A stretch of 64,000 bases of DNA from Bongovirus bongo (IMGVR_UViG_2595698371_000001); one strand, 5' to 3'. Shown: positions 10,036 to 19,780, counted from the first letter of the stretch. Numbers and translations: made by a program. The notes: a model not told the origin generated them from the sequence alone.

Positions 10036-11091
10036 ATGCCATGGTCCCCTGCACCGGTTAGCCCGCTGCGTTCCCACCGTCCTGCATGGTTTCCCGAGGT
10101 TCCTGCCGTTGCGCAGGTCGAGCATCGCGCGGCGTGGTTCCCTCGCTGGAAGTTCGATGCCGAAGATGCTGGCGTAGGTAGCGACGAGGCGCTGCTGCTG
10201 CCTGACTTTGCGGTTGCGGATCGTGGTGTCGGCGCGGACAGCGCAGGCTTGCTGCTACCGGAGGGGCTGCTTGAGCATGAGGGCTTGGGATCCGACCTGG
10301 CGACGGTCGGGCTCTTCGGCGCGGATGGCGGTATCGGATCTGACGCCGTGCAACAGCTTGGCCTGTTTGGCTCGGGCGACGGTATCGGCAATGACGGCGT
10401 CCTGGTTAAGCCGCTCTATGTGACTGGCGATGCGGCATGCGGCGCGGATGTGGCGGCTCTCCTTGTCCCGTTGGGGACGCGGACTGACAGTGGTGTCGGT
10501 GCGGACATGGCCACATCGGCGGGGTTCGCTCCGCATGCGGCGTTGGCGGCGACGTTCAGCACGGCGGGCGCGTACACGTTCACGATCCCGGTGTGGTGCC
10601 GGTACATCGACGTGATCTTGCTCGGTGCCGGTGGTGGCGGTCGCGGCATGATGCTGATCGGCACGTGGGGCGAGGGCGGCTGGGGCGGCAACTGGTCGGT
10701 GACCACGCTTGAGCGTGGCGTCCACATCCCGTGGACCGCACGCACGATCACGGGCGCTGTCGGGGCCGGTGGCTCGGGCAGCTCGGCGGGACTTTCCCCG
10801 GCGCGTGGCGCAACTGGTGGTTCGACTACTGCCTCGACGGACGGCTGGTCTGGCACTGCAACTGGCGGCATTGGCGGGCAGAACGCGGTGTCGCCGAACG
10901 GCCGCGCGGTGAATCCACGGACGCAGACGGTTTCTGGCCAGACCTACACGGGCGGTGGCGAAGTGACTCCCGGTGCGCTGAGCGGAACCACGGGCGCAGC
11001 CCCTGGCGGTGGCGGCTCGGCGGCGATCACGACCGGCGTCTCGGGTGGTGCCGGGGCCCGTGGCCAGGCGTGGTTCTACTGCTACCAGTAG
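10036..11091 (+). CDS. minor tail protein, Gly-rich (collagen-like or fibre-like)
   Basis: GGAGG SD; 351 aa; repeated GxGSD/GGxG stretches. Confidence 0.45.
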   Translation: MPWSPAPVSPLRSHRPAWFPEVPAVAQVEHRAAWFPRWKFDAEDAGVGSDEALLLPDFAVADRGVGADSAGLLLPEGLLEHEGLGSDLATVGLFGADGGIGSDAVQQLGLFGSGDGIGNDGVLVKPLYVTGDAACGADVAALLVPLGTRTDSGVGADMATSAGFAPHAALAATFSTAGAYTFTIPVWCRYIDVILLGAGGGGRGMMLIGTWGEGGWGGNWSVTTLERGVHIPWTARTITGAVGAGGSGSSAGLSPARGATGGSTTASTDGWSGTATGGIGGQNAVSPNGRAVNPRTQTVSGQTYTGGGEVTPGALSGTTGAAPGGGGSAAITTGVSGGAGARGQAWFYCYQ

Positions 11092-11128
11092 TGCTGCAAC
11101 ACAACGTATTTCAACTGTAGGAGTATTG

Positions 11129-11491
11129 ATGTCTGAGTATCAGGCTGCGCATCGCCGGGCATGCGCTTCGGCTATCACGGCGCTTGGCAACCGAATTGGG
11201 CTGTACTCGGGGTCCACCCGCATCGGCACCGTGTATGCGGACACGACGTGGGGCACGGCAACTGACGTGTCCGAGGGCGGTGTCGCCAAGGCGCAGGTGA
11301 CCGGGTCGGCGGTCACGATCACGATTCCTGCAGGCACGGTGTCGAACGGCACCGAGATTGACCGGTACGGGATCCTCAACGGCTCAACGCTTCTGCGTAC
11401 CGAGGAGCTGCCAGTGTCGCTGGTGATCAATGACGGTTCTCAGGAGGCGCAGGTGCAGATCACGCCTCGATTCAAGTACCGGGGCGAGTGA
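11129..11491 (+). CDS. hypothetical protein
   Basis: ATG with GGAG SD; 120 aa; internal start within ORF-track ORF 11009..11491. Confidence 0.45.
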   Translation: MSEYQAAHRRACASAITALGNRIGLYSGSTRIGTVYADTTWGTATDVSEGGVAKAQVTGSAVTITIPAGTVSNGTEIDRYGILNGSTLLRTEELPVSLVINDGSQEAQVQITPRFKYRGE

Positions 11492-11492
11492 C

Positions 11493-11813
11493 GTGATCGA
11501 TGTAGGAATGATTGCCACCGCCATTGGTGCGCTGGCGACTGGTGGTGTACTCACCACGGTGTGGGGCTCGTTCTTCGCGCCCAAGCGGGACAAGACATCC
11601 GAGGCCGAGGCGATCCAGAAGCTCGGCGCTGAGATCCGCCAGGAGATCCGCGAGGAGAACGCGGCGCTACGGGAACGCATGGATGTCGTGGTGAACGCGG
11701 TGATCAGTCTGACCGACTTGCTCGATGACCTGTTCCCGAAGATCACCGGCCTGAGTGATGAAGAGCGAATTGCGCTGCGGCACAAGATCAATCTGGCCAA
11801 GCGTGCAACGTGA
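11493..11813 (+). CDS. hypothetical membrane-anchored protein
   Basis: GTG start at TGA overlap; N-terminal hydrophobic segment IATAIGALATGGVLTTVWG. Confidence 0.35.
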   Translation: MIDVGMIATAIGALATGGVLTTVWGSFFAPKRDKTSEAEAIQKLGAEIRQEIREENAALRERMDVVVNAVISLTDLLDDLFPKITGLSDEERIALRHKINLAKRAT

Positions 11814-11835
11814 CGTACAATTGAGAGAGGACTAG

Positions 11836-12834
11836 ATGGCTAGCTTTACGCCTATCGTCCCCGTTCGTAGCAACCGGCCCCTTGAGCTGCAGCGCGGCAA
11901 CACTCTGCGCTATCGCTACACCCTTTCCGGAAACAAGACGTTCCCTGCGGGCACGTCGGCCGTGCTGACCGTATCGAACACGTACGGGCAGGTTGTGGGT
12001 GCGTTCATTGGCACTGTTGCGGGCAAGACGATTGAGTTTGTTGAGGGCCCCGAAATTTCGGACACCCTGGCCCGCACCGATACCTGGACGCTGTCCGTGA
12101 CGTATCCCGGCGAAACGCATCCGACGATGCTGGAGCAGGGCCAGATCATCCGTGTCGAGGCTCCGTTCCCCGATCAGCCTGCGATGTCTCCGGAGTTCGA
12201 GGGCGTCCGCTACGAGTACCACTTCGGTACGCCTGGCTTCGTCAAGGATCCTTCGTGGCGGATCCTCAACGGGCACCCGCGCGTGTACGACAACTCGTTC
12301 CGCTCGCTGCCGAACGCGGTGTCGAGTGGGTCGCTGTTTGGTGGCGATCTCACGTTCTTCGATGACGTGTGCATGCTGTGGTTCGCGCCACTGGCGACTG
12401 ACATTGTTCGGTTGACCTACAACACGATTCGTCCCATCGACAACTCCAATGGTGAGGTGTGGACGATCATCTGCTCGAACTACGACGCGACGAACTGGGC
12501 CGGGTTCCACCACAAGCAGGTGTTCGGCATCGGGTCGTGGGACGACGACGAGATTTCTGTCGTAACTGGGACTGGTCCAACGACTTTCACGAAGCGTGAG
12601 ACCGAGTCGTACGACACCGTGAACAACCAGGCGTACACCGCCGAGTACAACCCCGTGAGCAACACCTACTCGCTGTATGTGGGCACGTCGCTCGAGCCGC
12701 TGATCTCGTGGACCGATGAGACGAACGCGGTCGACCACGGCGAGGGTGAGCGTTACGTCGGCTTCGGCTTCAAGTCGTCGCTGCTGTATGCGGGCGTGCA
12801 GGTCTCGGACTGGTACATCGCCAATACCCCGTAA
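11836..12834 (+). CDS. hypothetical structural protein
   Basis: ATG with GAGAGG SD; 332 aa. Confidence 0.45.
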   Translation: MASFTPIVPVRSNRPLELQRGNTLRYRYTLSGNKTFPAGTSAVLTVSNTYGQVVGAFIGTVAGKTIEFVEGPEISDTLARTDTWTLSVTYPGETHPTMLEQGQIIRVEAPFPDQPAMSPEFEGVRYEYHFGTPGFVKDPSWRILNGHPRVYDNSFRSLPNAVSSGSLFGGDLTFFDDVCMLWFAPLATDIVRLTYNTIRPIDNSNGEVWTIICSNYDATNWAGFHHKQVFGIGSWDDDEISVVTGTGPTTFTKRETESYDTVNNQAYTAEYNPVSNTYSLYVGTSLEPLISWTDETNAVDHGEGERYVGFGFKSSLLYAGVQVSDWYIANTP

Positions 12835-12842
12835 GGATTCTC

Positions 12843-14210
12843 ATGCCTCTACTCACCCCTGAGCAGATCGCGGCCACCATCATCAAGGTCGGCAACGAGA
12901 TGGGGGTCTCGCCGAAGGGCCAGAAGATGGCCATCGCCTGCGTCAAGGTCGAGTCGAACTTCCTCATGTGGGCGAACGCGAAGAGCAAGCTGTCCCAGCA
13001 GTTCCCGTACGACCGGATCGGCAACGACAGCCTGTCCGAGGGTTACTACCAGCAGCAGCCGCCGTGGTGGGGCGGGGCCGACTACGAGGGCACCCGCAAG
13101 CGGATGGACCTGGTCGAGTCGACCCGCATGTTCTTCGAGTCGCTGAAGAAGCAGCGGATCGGCACCCAGGACTACAACACTGACGCCACTACCCCTGGCC
13201 TGTGGGTGTACATGGTGCAGCGCTGCGCCCCTGAGTACAAGCACCGCTACGACCAGGAGTGGAACGCGGCAGTCGCCCTGTACAACAAGGTGAACGCGGG
13301 CGGCTCTCCGGATGCCCCTGCGCCGTTCTTCCCTGAGCACAACATCATTGACGGCAAGGGTGCGTCCAACCGCAACGGTCAGCGTCCGCGACTGTTTGTC
13401 CTCCACACGGAGGAGGGAAACATGGTCGGCGCGGATCTGGACCGCTGGATGGACGAGATGGGTGACCGCTCCTACCACTACGCCATCAGCAATGACGAGG
13501 CGTGGGATCTGGTGGACACCGACTATGCGTCGTGGTCGGTGCTGGACGCGAACCGGCAGACCATCAACTTGGTATTCACTCCGTCGTACGCCGCATGGAC
13601 CCGCAACGACTGGCTCGCGAAGATGGGCAACGGCATCAAGATCGCTGCTTATCTGGCTGCGCAGGACTGCCGCAAGTACGGCATCCCTCCCGTTGTGCGC
13701 GTCGGCAATTCGGCGACCGGCTACCCGAGCCTCAAGACCAACGACGGCATCACCGACCACTACGGGATCACTGTCGGCCTGAAGATCGGCAACCACACCG
13801 ATGTCGGCGGCGGCTTCCCGTGGGACGTATTCAACACCTACCTGCAGGCGTTCTATGCAGGCTCTTACGAAGAGGACGACATGTTCACTGATTCCGACCG
13901 TGCGCTGCTGCAGCGTGTCCACTTTGAGCTGACGAACCGTTGGGAGTCGCGCTCGATCTACCGGGAGCCGGGGGAGGGCCCTGTCGACACTCTGGTCGGC
14001 ATGCTGCTCAACGACGACGGCATGGAGCACGCGGAGCTGGTGGAGCGCCTGGCTGTGCTGGGCGACTTCGACTCGATCCGCCGCGTGCGTCGCACCGCTG
14101 CTGGCAAGGGCGCGGTGACCGACAAGGCGACTGTTGCCCGCGCCAAGAAGGTGATGTCGCAGATCCCCGAGGACGTACTCGAGGAGTACATGAAGGAGGC
14201 CGACAAGTGA
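12843..14210 (+). CDS. lysA: endolysin lysin A (peptidase plus PGRP/amidase-2-like domains)
   Basis: 455 aa; architecture and position typical of mycobacteriophage LysA; AAGGA SD; immediately upstream of holin-like genes and LysB. Confidence 0.8.
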   Translation: MPLLTPEQIAATIIKVGNEMGVSPKGQKMAIACVKVESNFLMWANAKSKLSQQFPYDRIGNDSLSEGYYQQQPPWWGGADYEGTRKRMDLVESTRMFFESLKKQRIGTQDYNTDATTPGLWVYMVQRCAPEYKHRYDQEWNAAVALYNKVNAGGSPDAPAPFFPEHNIIDGKGASNRNGQRPRLFVLHTEEGNMVGADLDRWMDEMGDRSYHYAISNDEAWDLVDTDYASWSVLDANRQTINLVFTPSYAAWTRNDWLAKMGNGIKIAAYLAAQDCRKYGIPPVVRVGNSATGYPSLKTNDGITDHYGITVGLKIGNHTDVGGGFPWDVFNTYLQAFYAGSYEEDDMFTDSDRALLQRVHFELTNRWESRSIYREPGEGPVDTLVGMLLNDDGMEHAELVERLAVLGDFDSIRRVRRTAAGKGAVTDKATVARAKKVMSQIPEDVLEEYMKEADK

Positions 14211-14443
14211 ACAAGCTGGTGAACATGATTGTGGCGGCGCTGTTTCCGCTGCTGTGGGCGAAGCTCGAGCCTCTGGTTCGGGAGGTGCTCGCGGAGAAGC
14301 TGGACGACCTGGTGCCGGATGAGATCGAGAAGTTCTTCTCGGCGCTGATTCCGGACGGTGTCGCGGAGCAGCTGCCCGGTGCGCTCAACGACGTGGTGAA
14401 CGGCGTGGGCGCGGTACTGGGAGGGATTTTCAAGCCACGATGA
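14207..14443 (+). CDS. small membrane protein (holin-like)
   Basis: GTGA overlap with lysA stop; 78 aa; hydrophobic N-terminus. Confidence 0.45.
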   Translation: MNKLVNMIVAALFPLLWAKLEPLVREVLAEKLDDLVPDEIEKFFSALIPDGVAEQLPGALNDVVNGVGAVLGGIFKPR

Positions 14444-14766
14444 AGGTACGTGAGGTAAAGAAGGCCATCGCGGCGGGGGCGACTGCCTTGGCCGGTATGG
14501 AGGGCCTGGCGGCGGCGCTGGAGGCCAGCGCGACCCATCCGTGGGTTCATGCCGTGGCTGTGGGGTTCTCGCTGCTGGTGACCGGCGCGACGTGGCTGGT
14601 GCGCAACAAGGCGACGGTGGATCAGGTGCTTGACGCGTTCGAGTCGGATCCGGTGGTCGCGGAGGCTGTGATCGAGCGGGCTACCGATGACCCGTACGCG
14701 GTCGAGAAGGCTGTTGAGAAGCATCCGACGCTGGCTGAGGTTCTGATCGCCAGCTACGAGGACTAA
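14440..14766 (+). CDS. holin-like membrane protein
   Basis: ATGA overlap; 108 aa with two predicted TM helices; sits between lysA and lysB. Confidence 0.5.
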   Translation: MKVREVKKAIAAGATALAGMEGLAAALEASATHPWVHAVAVGFSLLVTGATWLVRNKATVDQVLDAFESDPVVAEAVIERATDDPYAVEKAVEKHPTLAEVLIASYED

Positions 14767-14837
14767 CACTTTCGAAATAGGAACGGGCTCGCCAACTTTC
14801 GGGCGGGTCCGTTTCTTCTGCCCTGAGGAGGCATTGC

Positions 14838-15809
14838 ATGTGGATTGGGTGGCAGGAAGGCATGTCCGGACGGCCCGTGCTGGCGGCGAAGGGGGAGCTG
14901 CGGGCGAAGTTCTCGTACGGCAAGAACCTGGATCTGACTGAGCACTTCGGGCCCGACCTGACGGAGGCCCTGAAGACGTTCCAGCGGAACAAGGGTGGGC
15001 TGCGCACGGACGGCGTGCTGGACTACGCCACCCAGAAGGCGTTGGGCGTTCTGGAGGCGTTGAAGCCGTGGGTGTTCACGGTGGCCGGTACGGGTGCCGG
15101 TTGGGACGCGGGCTACCCGGCTGAGGTGGCGCGGGCTGTGCTGGATCTGTACCGCTGGCAGGGCGTGAACTATCCGGCGAAGCCGTTCCCGATGGGCTCG
15201 TCGGTGGACGCGGGTATTGCTGAACTGAAGAAGCTTCTGCGTGAGCGGATGGACCGGTATCCGGCCGCACGGTTCGTGCTGATCGGCTACTCGCAGGGCG
15301 CAATTGTGACCTCGATGGTGTGGCAGAACTTTATCAAGGGCTCGGACCTTGAGGCCCGCATCATCGGTTCGATCACATACGGCAACCCTTGCCGTGAACT
15401 CCACGTGGCGAATGGCAATGTGGCAGAGGGGATTCCGGTTCCCGAGGGGCGGGGGATCTCAGACTTCCGCCTGCGTTCGACTCCGTCGTGGTGGTACGAT
15501 TTTGCACACGGGGCGAACTCCCGTTTCGGCCGTGACATCTACACGGACACACCAGATGACGATGCTGGCGAGATGATGACCGCCATCTACCGCCTGGTCC
15601 AAGATCTGAAGAACATCATTGTCGGCACCGACTCGTTGATCGAGCAGGTGGGAGAGATGTTCCAGCGTCCGATCACCGAGGTCGGCGCAGCGATGTGGGC
15701 GATCTTCTTGGGCGGGCAGTTTGTTGCCACTCGCCCGTATCCGACTATGCCGCACATCAATTACGACATCAACCCAGCTGTGGCGATCCTGCGCCGGATC
15801 GCCGCGTGA
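14838..15809 (+). CDS. lysB: lysin B (cutinase-like mycolylarabinogalactan esterase)
   Basis: 323 aa; GYSQG serine-hydrolase motif; cutinase-like; follows lysA and the holin-like genes. Confidence 0.8.
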   Translation: MWIGWQEGMSGRPVLAAKGELRAKFSYGKNLDLTEHFGPDLTEALKTFQRNKGGLRTDGVLDYATQKALGVLEALKPWVFTVAGTGAGWDAGYPAEVARAVLDLYRWQGVNYPAKPFPMGSSVDAGIAELKKLLRERMDRYPAARFVLIGYSQGAIVTSMVWQNFIKGSDLEARIIGSITYGNPCRELHVANGNVAEGIPVPEGRGISDFRLRSTPSWWYDFAHGANSRFGRDIYTDTPDDDAGEMMTAIYRLVQDLKNIIVGTDSLIEQVGEMFQRPITEVGAAMWAIFLGGQFVATRPYPTMPHINYDINPAVAILRRIAA

Positions 15810-15811
15810 AC

Positions 15812-16084
15812 GAACGGAGTGCTTTGAACGTCACCGTCTATACCACCGGCCCCGCTTGCATCAAGTGCAAGCTGACCAAGGACGCCTTGGCGAAGAAGGG
15901 GATCGCGTACACGGAGGTCCGTCTGGATCAGGATTCGGAGCAGGCTGATCTGCTGCGGGCCCAGGGTTACAGTGTGGCTCCAGTGGTCGTCGTGCAGCAT
16001 GACGATGGGTCGCAGGAGAAGTGGGGCGACTTCCGCGTTGACTACATCAACGCTCTCGCGAAGCGGTCTGCCGCCGCCGCCTGA
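15812..16084 (+). CDS. nrdH: NrdH-like glutaredoxin
   Basis: CxxC motif (GPACIKC); about 90 aa; VYTTG..C..C..K thioredoxin-fold N-terminus. Confidence 0.7.
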   Translation, partial: ERSALNVTVYTTGPACIKCKLTKDALAKKGIAYTEVRLDQDSEQADLLRAQGYSVAPVVVVQHDDGSQEKWGDFRVDYINALAKRSAAAA

Positions 16085-16112
16085 TTGCCCCCAGGAACGA
16101 CGAAACCCTCAC

Positions 16113-16143
16113 TCCCGATGGGATGTGAGGGTCTTGTCTTTTC
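16113..16143. terminator. bidirectional rho-independent terminator between convergent gene blocks
   Basis: hairpin AAACCCTCAC-n12-GTGAGGGT followed by CTTGTCTTTT; sits between the + gene ending at 16084 and the - gene ending at 16150. Confidence 0.5.
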
Positions 16144-16149
16144 AGGGGC

Positions 16150-16485
16150 CTACGGGACTTCCAGGGGGACGAAGTCGATGCCAGAATCGAAGGCCCGACG
16201 CAGGTCCGCGAACGTTGGGTAAGCGCGGCCGGACATGTCGTGGAACAACGTGACCCAGCACGGCCCGCTGTAGTGCGCGCCGTAGTACTCCTGCAGATAG
16301 TCAGGAACATTGCGGAAGCGGATTGCGGCGAACGGAATCCAACTTCCCGTGGCCTTGACCACGGTGCCGATGGGGTACGGGTCTTCGTCCCGTTCCTTCA
16401 TCTCGGCCTTGATGCTGTCGATCTCTTCGACCGTCTTCGCGAGAACTTCCTCGGCGCATTCGAGCCGCTCTTCGAGTGTGGCCAT
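16150..16485 (-). CDS. hypothetical protein
   Basis: 111-aa ORF; first gene of the leftward block. Confidence 0.5.
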   Translation of the reverse strand: MATLEERLECAEEVLAKTVEEIDSIKAEMKERDEDPYPIGTVVKATGSWIPFAAIRFRNVPDYLQEYYGAHYSGPCWVTLFHDMSGRAYPTFADLRRAFDSGIDFVPLEVP

Positions 16486-16496
16486 ACGGTTCCCTT

Positions 16497-16841
16497 CTAG
16501 TCGCTCAGGTAGATCTCGGCGTAGTTCGATGACTTCGGGCGGATGGCGATGCTGGTGCCGCCCTGGATCTGGATGACGCCCTTGCGGAACGACACCCCGA
16601 TCTCCTCGTAGGTGTGTTCGGACGGCTTGCCCGTGGCCGAGAAGTACACCGTCTGGTAGCCGTAGTCGACCGGGATGTAGATCTTGTTCTCCCAGTCGCC
16701 GTACCAGATCGGAGACGGCTCCACGGTCTGGAGATGCTCCTTGAGCCGGTGCTCAGCCTTGTCGGCGCGGTAGCGCTCCTTGGCCAGCAGTGACTGGGCC
16801 CATTTCGGGAGGTTGCCCTCCCGGGGATCTTTCTCGCTCAC
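16497..16841 (-). CDS. hypothetical protein
   Basis: 114-aa ORF. Confidence 0.5.
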   Translation of the reverse strand: MSEKDPREGNLPKWAQSLLAKERYRADKAEHRLKEHLQTVEPSPIWYGDWENKIYIPVDYGYQTVYFSATGKPSEHTYEEIGVSFRKGVIQIQGGTSIAIRPKSSNYAEIYLSD

Positions 16842-16851
16842 AGCTTCTCCT

Positions 16852-17043
16852 TCAGGGGCGGGCGGTGATGGCCACCGAGTCGGGCCACGACTCGCGTGGG
16901 TCGCTGTAGCCCTTGGTGATCTTCAGGTCCAGCTTCTTGGTGGTATCGACGCCGATCTGCTTGGCCTGTGCGACGAACGACTCCATGTCGGCCAAGGTCA
17001 TCGGGCTGGACAGGGTGATCTCGTGACGTATGTTAACGCTCAT
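16852..17043 (-). CDS. hypothetical protein
   Basis: 63-aa ORF, tightly packed. Confidence 0.4.
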   Translation of the reverse strand: MSVNIRHEITLSSPMTLADMESFVAQAKQIGVDTTKKLDLKITKGYSDPRESWPDSVAITARP

Positions 17044-17270
17044 CCGACCGGCACCCCGAATCCGATTCCGCCCGTTGCCGGGTTGAGGTGCATGCCGCCG
17101 CCGAGATCGATCCCAACCGTGGGGCCCTTCGGGGTGACGAACACGCCCACCCCGCCTGGATCTCGGGTTGCCGGTGGCGTGTACGTGGTGCCGCCGTCAT
17201 CGACGGGATCGCAGGCCGTCAACGACAGCGCCGCAACGAGTGCCGCTCCAGCGGCCAGGAGCTTGATCAC
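17040..17270 (-). CDS. putative lipoprotein
   Basis: GTG start in a GTGA overlap; signal peptide plus lipobox (VIKLLAAGAALVAALSLTAC). Confidence 0.5.
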   Translation of the reverse strand: MIKLLAAGAALVAALSLTACDPVDDGGTTYTPPATRDPGGVGVFVTPKGPTVGIDLGGGMHLNPATGGIGFGVPVG

Positions 17271-17581
17271 TCGGGCACCTTCGTCAGACGGATGAAGCTC
17301 TTGATCGTGGTGAACCGGCCCAGGCACATAGCGCACTGGATCTGGCCGGTGTCCTCGACCTTGGCCCGCCACGTCGCGTACAGCTTGAGGGCGTACTCCC
17401 AGTGGTTCTTGCACATCCAGCCCTGGACGCAGGTGTGGTACTCCTGGAACCCGGCGATGGGCCCGCCGCAAGGGACCACACCCTTGCGCATGCTGCAGCA
17501 GTCCAGCTCCTCGAACGCGGAGTCGACCAGCGACTCGATGTCCGAGTCGATCTCCACGTCATTCAGCGTCGCTGTCGCCAT
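17267..17581 (-). CDS. Cys-rich hypothetical protein
   Basis: 104 aa with about 9 Cys (CC..C..C..C..C..C..C). Confidence 0.5.
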   Translation of the reverse strand: MATATLNDVEIDSDIESLVDSAFEELDCCSMRKGVVPCGGPIAGFQEYHTCVQGWMCKNHWEYALKLYATWRAKVEDTGQIQCAMCLGRFTTIKSFIRLTKVPE

Positions 17582-17855
17582 CGTCTTCCTTGTCCGCGTA
17601 GTGGTACTGGAACGACTCGTCGCTCATGACGAGCCAGCCGTCGACCGGGTCATCCACGATCCAGTCGCCTTCGTATGCCCGCAGGATGTTCGTGGTCCCC
17701 GGCCGCGAGATCTTGATGTACTGGAACTTGTGAGTTCCGTTGGTGTACACCGCATGCGCAAACGGAACAGCGTCCGCTACCCGTTTGAATGGGCGGGCCA
17801 CCTGGATGGCCCGCACCTCCGTGGGGTTGTGGGTGAACTTGGCGAGGCTGCTCAC
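17559..17855 (-). CDS. hypothetical protein
   Basis: GTG start overlapping upstream stop (GTGA); real start is internal to ORF-track ORF 17559..17933. Confidence 0.4.
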   Translation of the reverse strand: MSSLAKFTHNPTEVRAIQVARPFKRVADAVPFAHAVYTNGTHKFQYIKISRPGTTNILRAYEGDWIVDDPVDGWLVMSDESFQYHYADKEDDGDSDAE

Positions 17856-18178
17856 AGCTCGCGGAAGTGCTCTCGGTAGACCGACTCGGGCATGACGACT
17901 GCCTCTTCGACGTCGGGGTCGAGCACGACCCACGAGCCGGGAGCCAGGTGGTGGGTGTCCTTTCCGGGCTCGTTGACGGTGACGAACGCCAGCGACCCGT
18001 CCTCGTTGAACGAGGCACCGACCTGCATCGGGATGCCACGACGCTCGGCCTCCTGCGCGACGATGTAGGAGACGCCCGCGAAGTTGCGGCCGGTGACCTT
18101 CACCGCGAGTGCGTACGACGGGTCCAGAACCTGGACGCGTTTGATGCCAGTTCCCTTGAGTGCGTTGTTGTTGCTCAT
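17852..18178 (-). CDS. hypothetical protein
   Basis: ATG at 18178; 109 aa; internal start of ORF-track ORF 17852..18304. Confidence 0.5.
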   Translation of the reverse strand: MSNNNALKGTGIKRVQVLDPSYALAVKVTGRNFAGVSYIVAQEAERRGIPMQVGASFNEDGSLAFVTVNEPGKDTHHLAPGSWVVLDPDVEEAVVMPESVYREHFREL

Positions 18179-18972
18179 AGCATTCCCTTCGATTTCCAGT
18201 GTTGGTAGTGCATGCCGATCAGCCAGTTGTCCAGCTGTTCGTAGTCGGGGTGATCGGGGAGGTAGGAGTTCTCCATGGCCCCCCGCAGCATGTCGGTGCG
18301 CCACTCGAGGATGTTGAGTGTCTCCGCCAACGTGTAGCGGCCTTCGCGTACCGCGAGCAGGTAGTCGCGGTGGTGGTCCTGCATCGGCAGGTAGATGTGG
18401 CCTTCGGTCATCAGCTGGTGCCCTTGGATGGCCAGCCGCGTCGCGTGGTACATCATCTTCGTGTCGTAGCCGAACTTCTGCACAAGCTCGGGCCGGTTGG
18501 TGTGCTTGCGGCCGCGAAGCCCCTGCGCCCGGTCACGCTGCGCGACAAGGTATCCGACGAACCGCTCACCGGCCTGCTTTGACAGGAACAGGTGGCGGTT
18601 GTCGATCAGCTCTTCGCCCAGCTCGTTGCGGAAGTACACATGCTGCAGCGGCGCGAACAGCGGAACCAGCACAGTCGGATTGCCCTTGGCCGCAAGGCGT
18701 GCCCACTTCGCCAGGCTGTAGATCACCTGGTCAGTGTCGCCGGGGCCCGACCGCACACCCTCAGGGATGCGGGTGCCATCAGAATGCCAGCGGTCCTGGT
18801 ACTGCTCGAACTTCTGGGTGCCGATGACACACTCGGGCGGCGCGATGCACATGCCCATCTCGTCGTTGTCGTCGGCCCCAACGGACACGCCGTGCAGACG
18901 GGAACCGACCTCAGTCTTGTAGATCAGGTTCTCGTGGGCAATCTTCCGATGCCAGGGGCTGTGGTGGCTCAC
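18175..18972 (-). CDS. Pol-beta-superfamily nucleotidyltransferase
   Basis: N-terminal GS-x-hG-x-DD-D motif (GSRLHGVSVGADDNDEMGM) typical of minimal nucleotidyltransferases; 265 aa. Confidence 0.55.
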   Translation of the reverse strand: MSHHSPWHRKIAHENLIYKTEVGSRLHGVSVGADDNDEMGMCIAPPECVIGTQKFEQYQDRWHSDGTRIPEGVRSGPGDTDQVIYSLAKWARLAAKGNPTVLVPLFAPLQHVYFRNELGEELIDNRHLFLSKQAGERFVGYLVAQRDRAQGLRGRKHTNRPELVQKFGYDTKMMYHATRLAIQGHQLMTEGHIYLPMQDHHRDYLLAVREGRYTLAETLNILEWRTDMLRGAMENSYLPDHPDYEQLDNWLIGMHYQHWKSKGML

Positions 18973-19050
18973 TCTGCTCCTTGAAGGCTGCGGTCATCGC
19001 CACGGAGACGATGAGCAGGGCTATTGCTAGGACGACGAAGACTGTTTCGG

Positions 19051-19218
19051 TCACTTCAGCGCGGCGTAGAGGGTCGCGTAGGCCTGCGCCGCAAGGATGT
19101 TCGCGGTGACGCGGGCAATGGCACTCTCATTGCCGCCCGACTTCGCGAGCTTCCTCTCAGCCTCATCCAGGAGAGTGAGGCTCTTCTCGAGGAGGTCGTC
19201 AGGCTTGGGCTTGGTCAC
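19051..19218 (-). CDS. small hypothetical protein
   Basis: GTG start overlapping upstream stop; about 55 aa. Confidence 0.3.
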   Translation of the reverse strand: MTKPKPDDLLEKSLTLLDEAERKLAKSGGNESAIARVTANILAAQAYATLYAALK

Positions 19219-19739
19219 GGCTGGACTCCAGGGGTCGGGACGGCGGTGTAGGGGCCGTAGGTGTTGAGCAGGTGCTGCTCGTTGGGGGCGACCCGCACGA
19301 AGCTCACGGAGCCGACGTGTTCGGTCACCCACCACTGGCCGTCTACGTACTTGTAGACATCGCCGTCCACGTCGACCCACCAGCGGTCGGTACAGTTGTC
19401 GTCCAGCGCAGCCACCTGGTACGGCGTGTCGGCGGCGTCGATCACCTCGTCGGCCTCTTCGAGGGCATCCATGAGGTCGTCCCACCGCTGGGCCTTCTCG
19501 GCCAGCTCGGTGAGCACCTTGACCCACTGCGCGGCGTGCTGGCGGTCCAGCGCCTCGGCCTCTTCAGCGGACAGGTCGTCGAACGGCTCGGTCGGCTGGA
19601 AGGTGGCGTACAGGTTGACTTCCGGCAGGAAGACATTGATGCAGTAGGGCTTGTTGTCTTCCGCGAAGGCGCGATAAACGCTGACAACTGTCTTGCCGTC
19701 GATCACGCCTTGGAAGCGTTCCTGGAGGTCCGTGCTCAT
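19215..19739 (-). CDS. hypothetical protein; last (promoter-proximal) gene of the leftward block
   Basis: 174 aa; acidic; start faces the divergent regulatory region. Confidence 0.5.
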   Translation of the reverse strand: MSTDLQERFQGVIDGKTVVSVYRAFAEDNKPYCINVFLPEVNLYATFQPTEPFDDLSAEEAEALDRQHAAQWVKVLTELAEKAQRWDDLMDALEEADEVIDAADTPYQVAALDDNCTDRWWVDVDGDVYKYVDGQWWVTEHVGSVSFVRVAPNEQHLLNTYGPYTAVPTPGVQP

Positions 19740-19765
19740 GGGATTAGCTTCGCACCCGCGCGGAA

Positions 19766-19780
19766 GTGATTACAGGAGAG
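19766..19780 (-). promoter_or_regulatory. B-motif copy (CTCTCCTGTAATCAC on the coding strand of the downstream leftward gene)
   Basis: 26 bp upstream of the start of the 19739 gene. Confidence 0.5.

Noticed and set aside
12849-14030. 393-aa minus-strand ORF antisense to lysin A
   Set aside because: Garbage-like composition (R/V/D/L-rich) opposite a clearly coding + strand gene.
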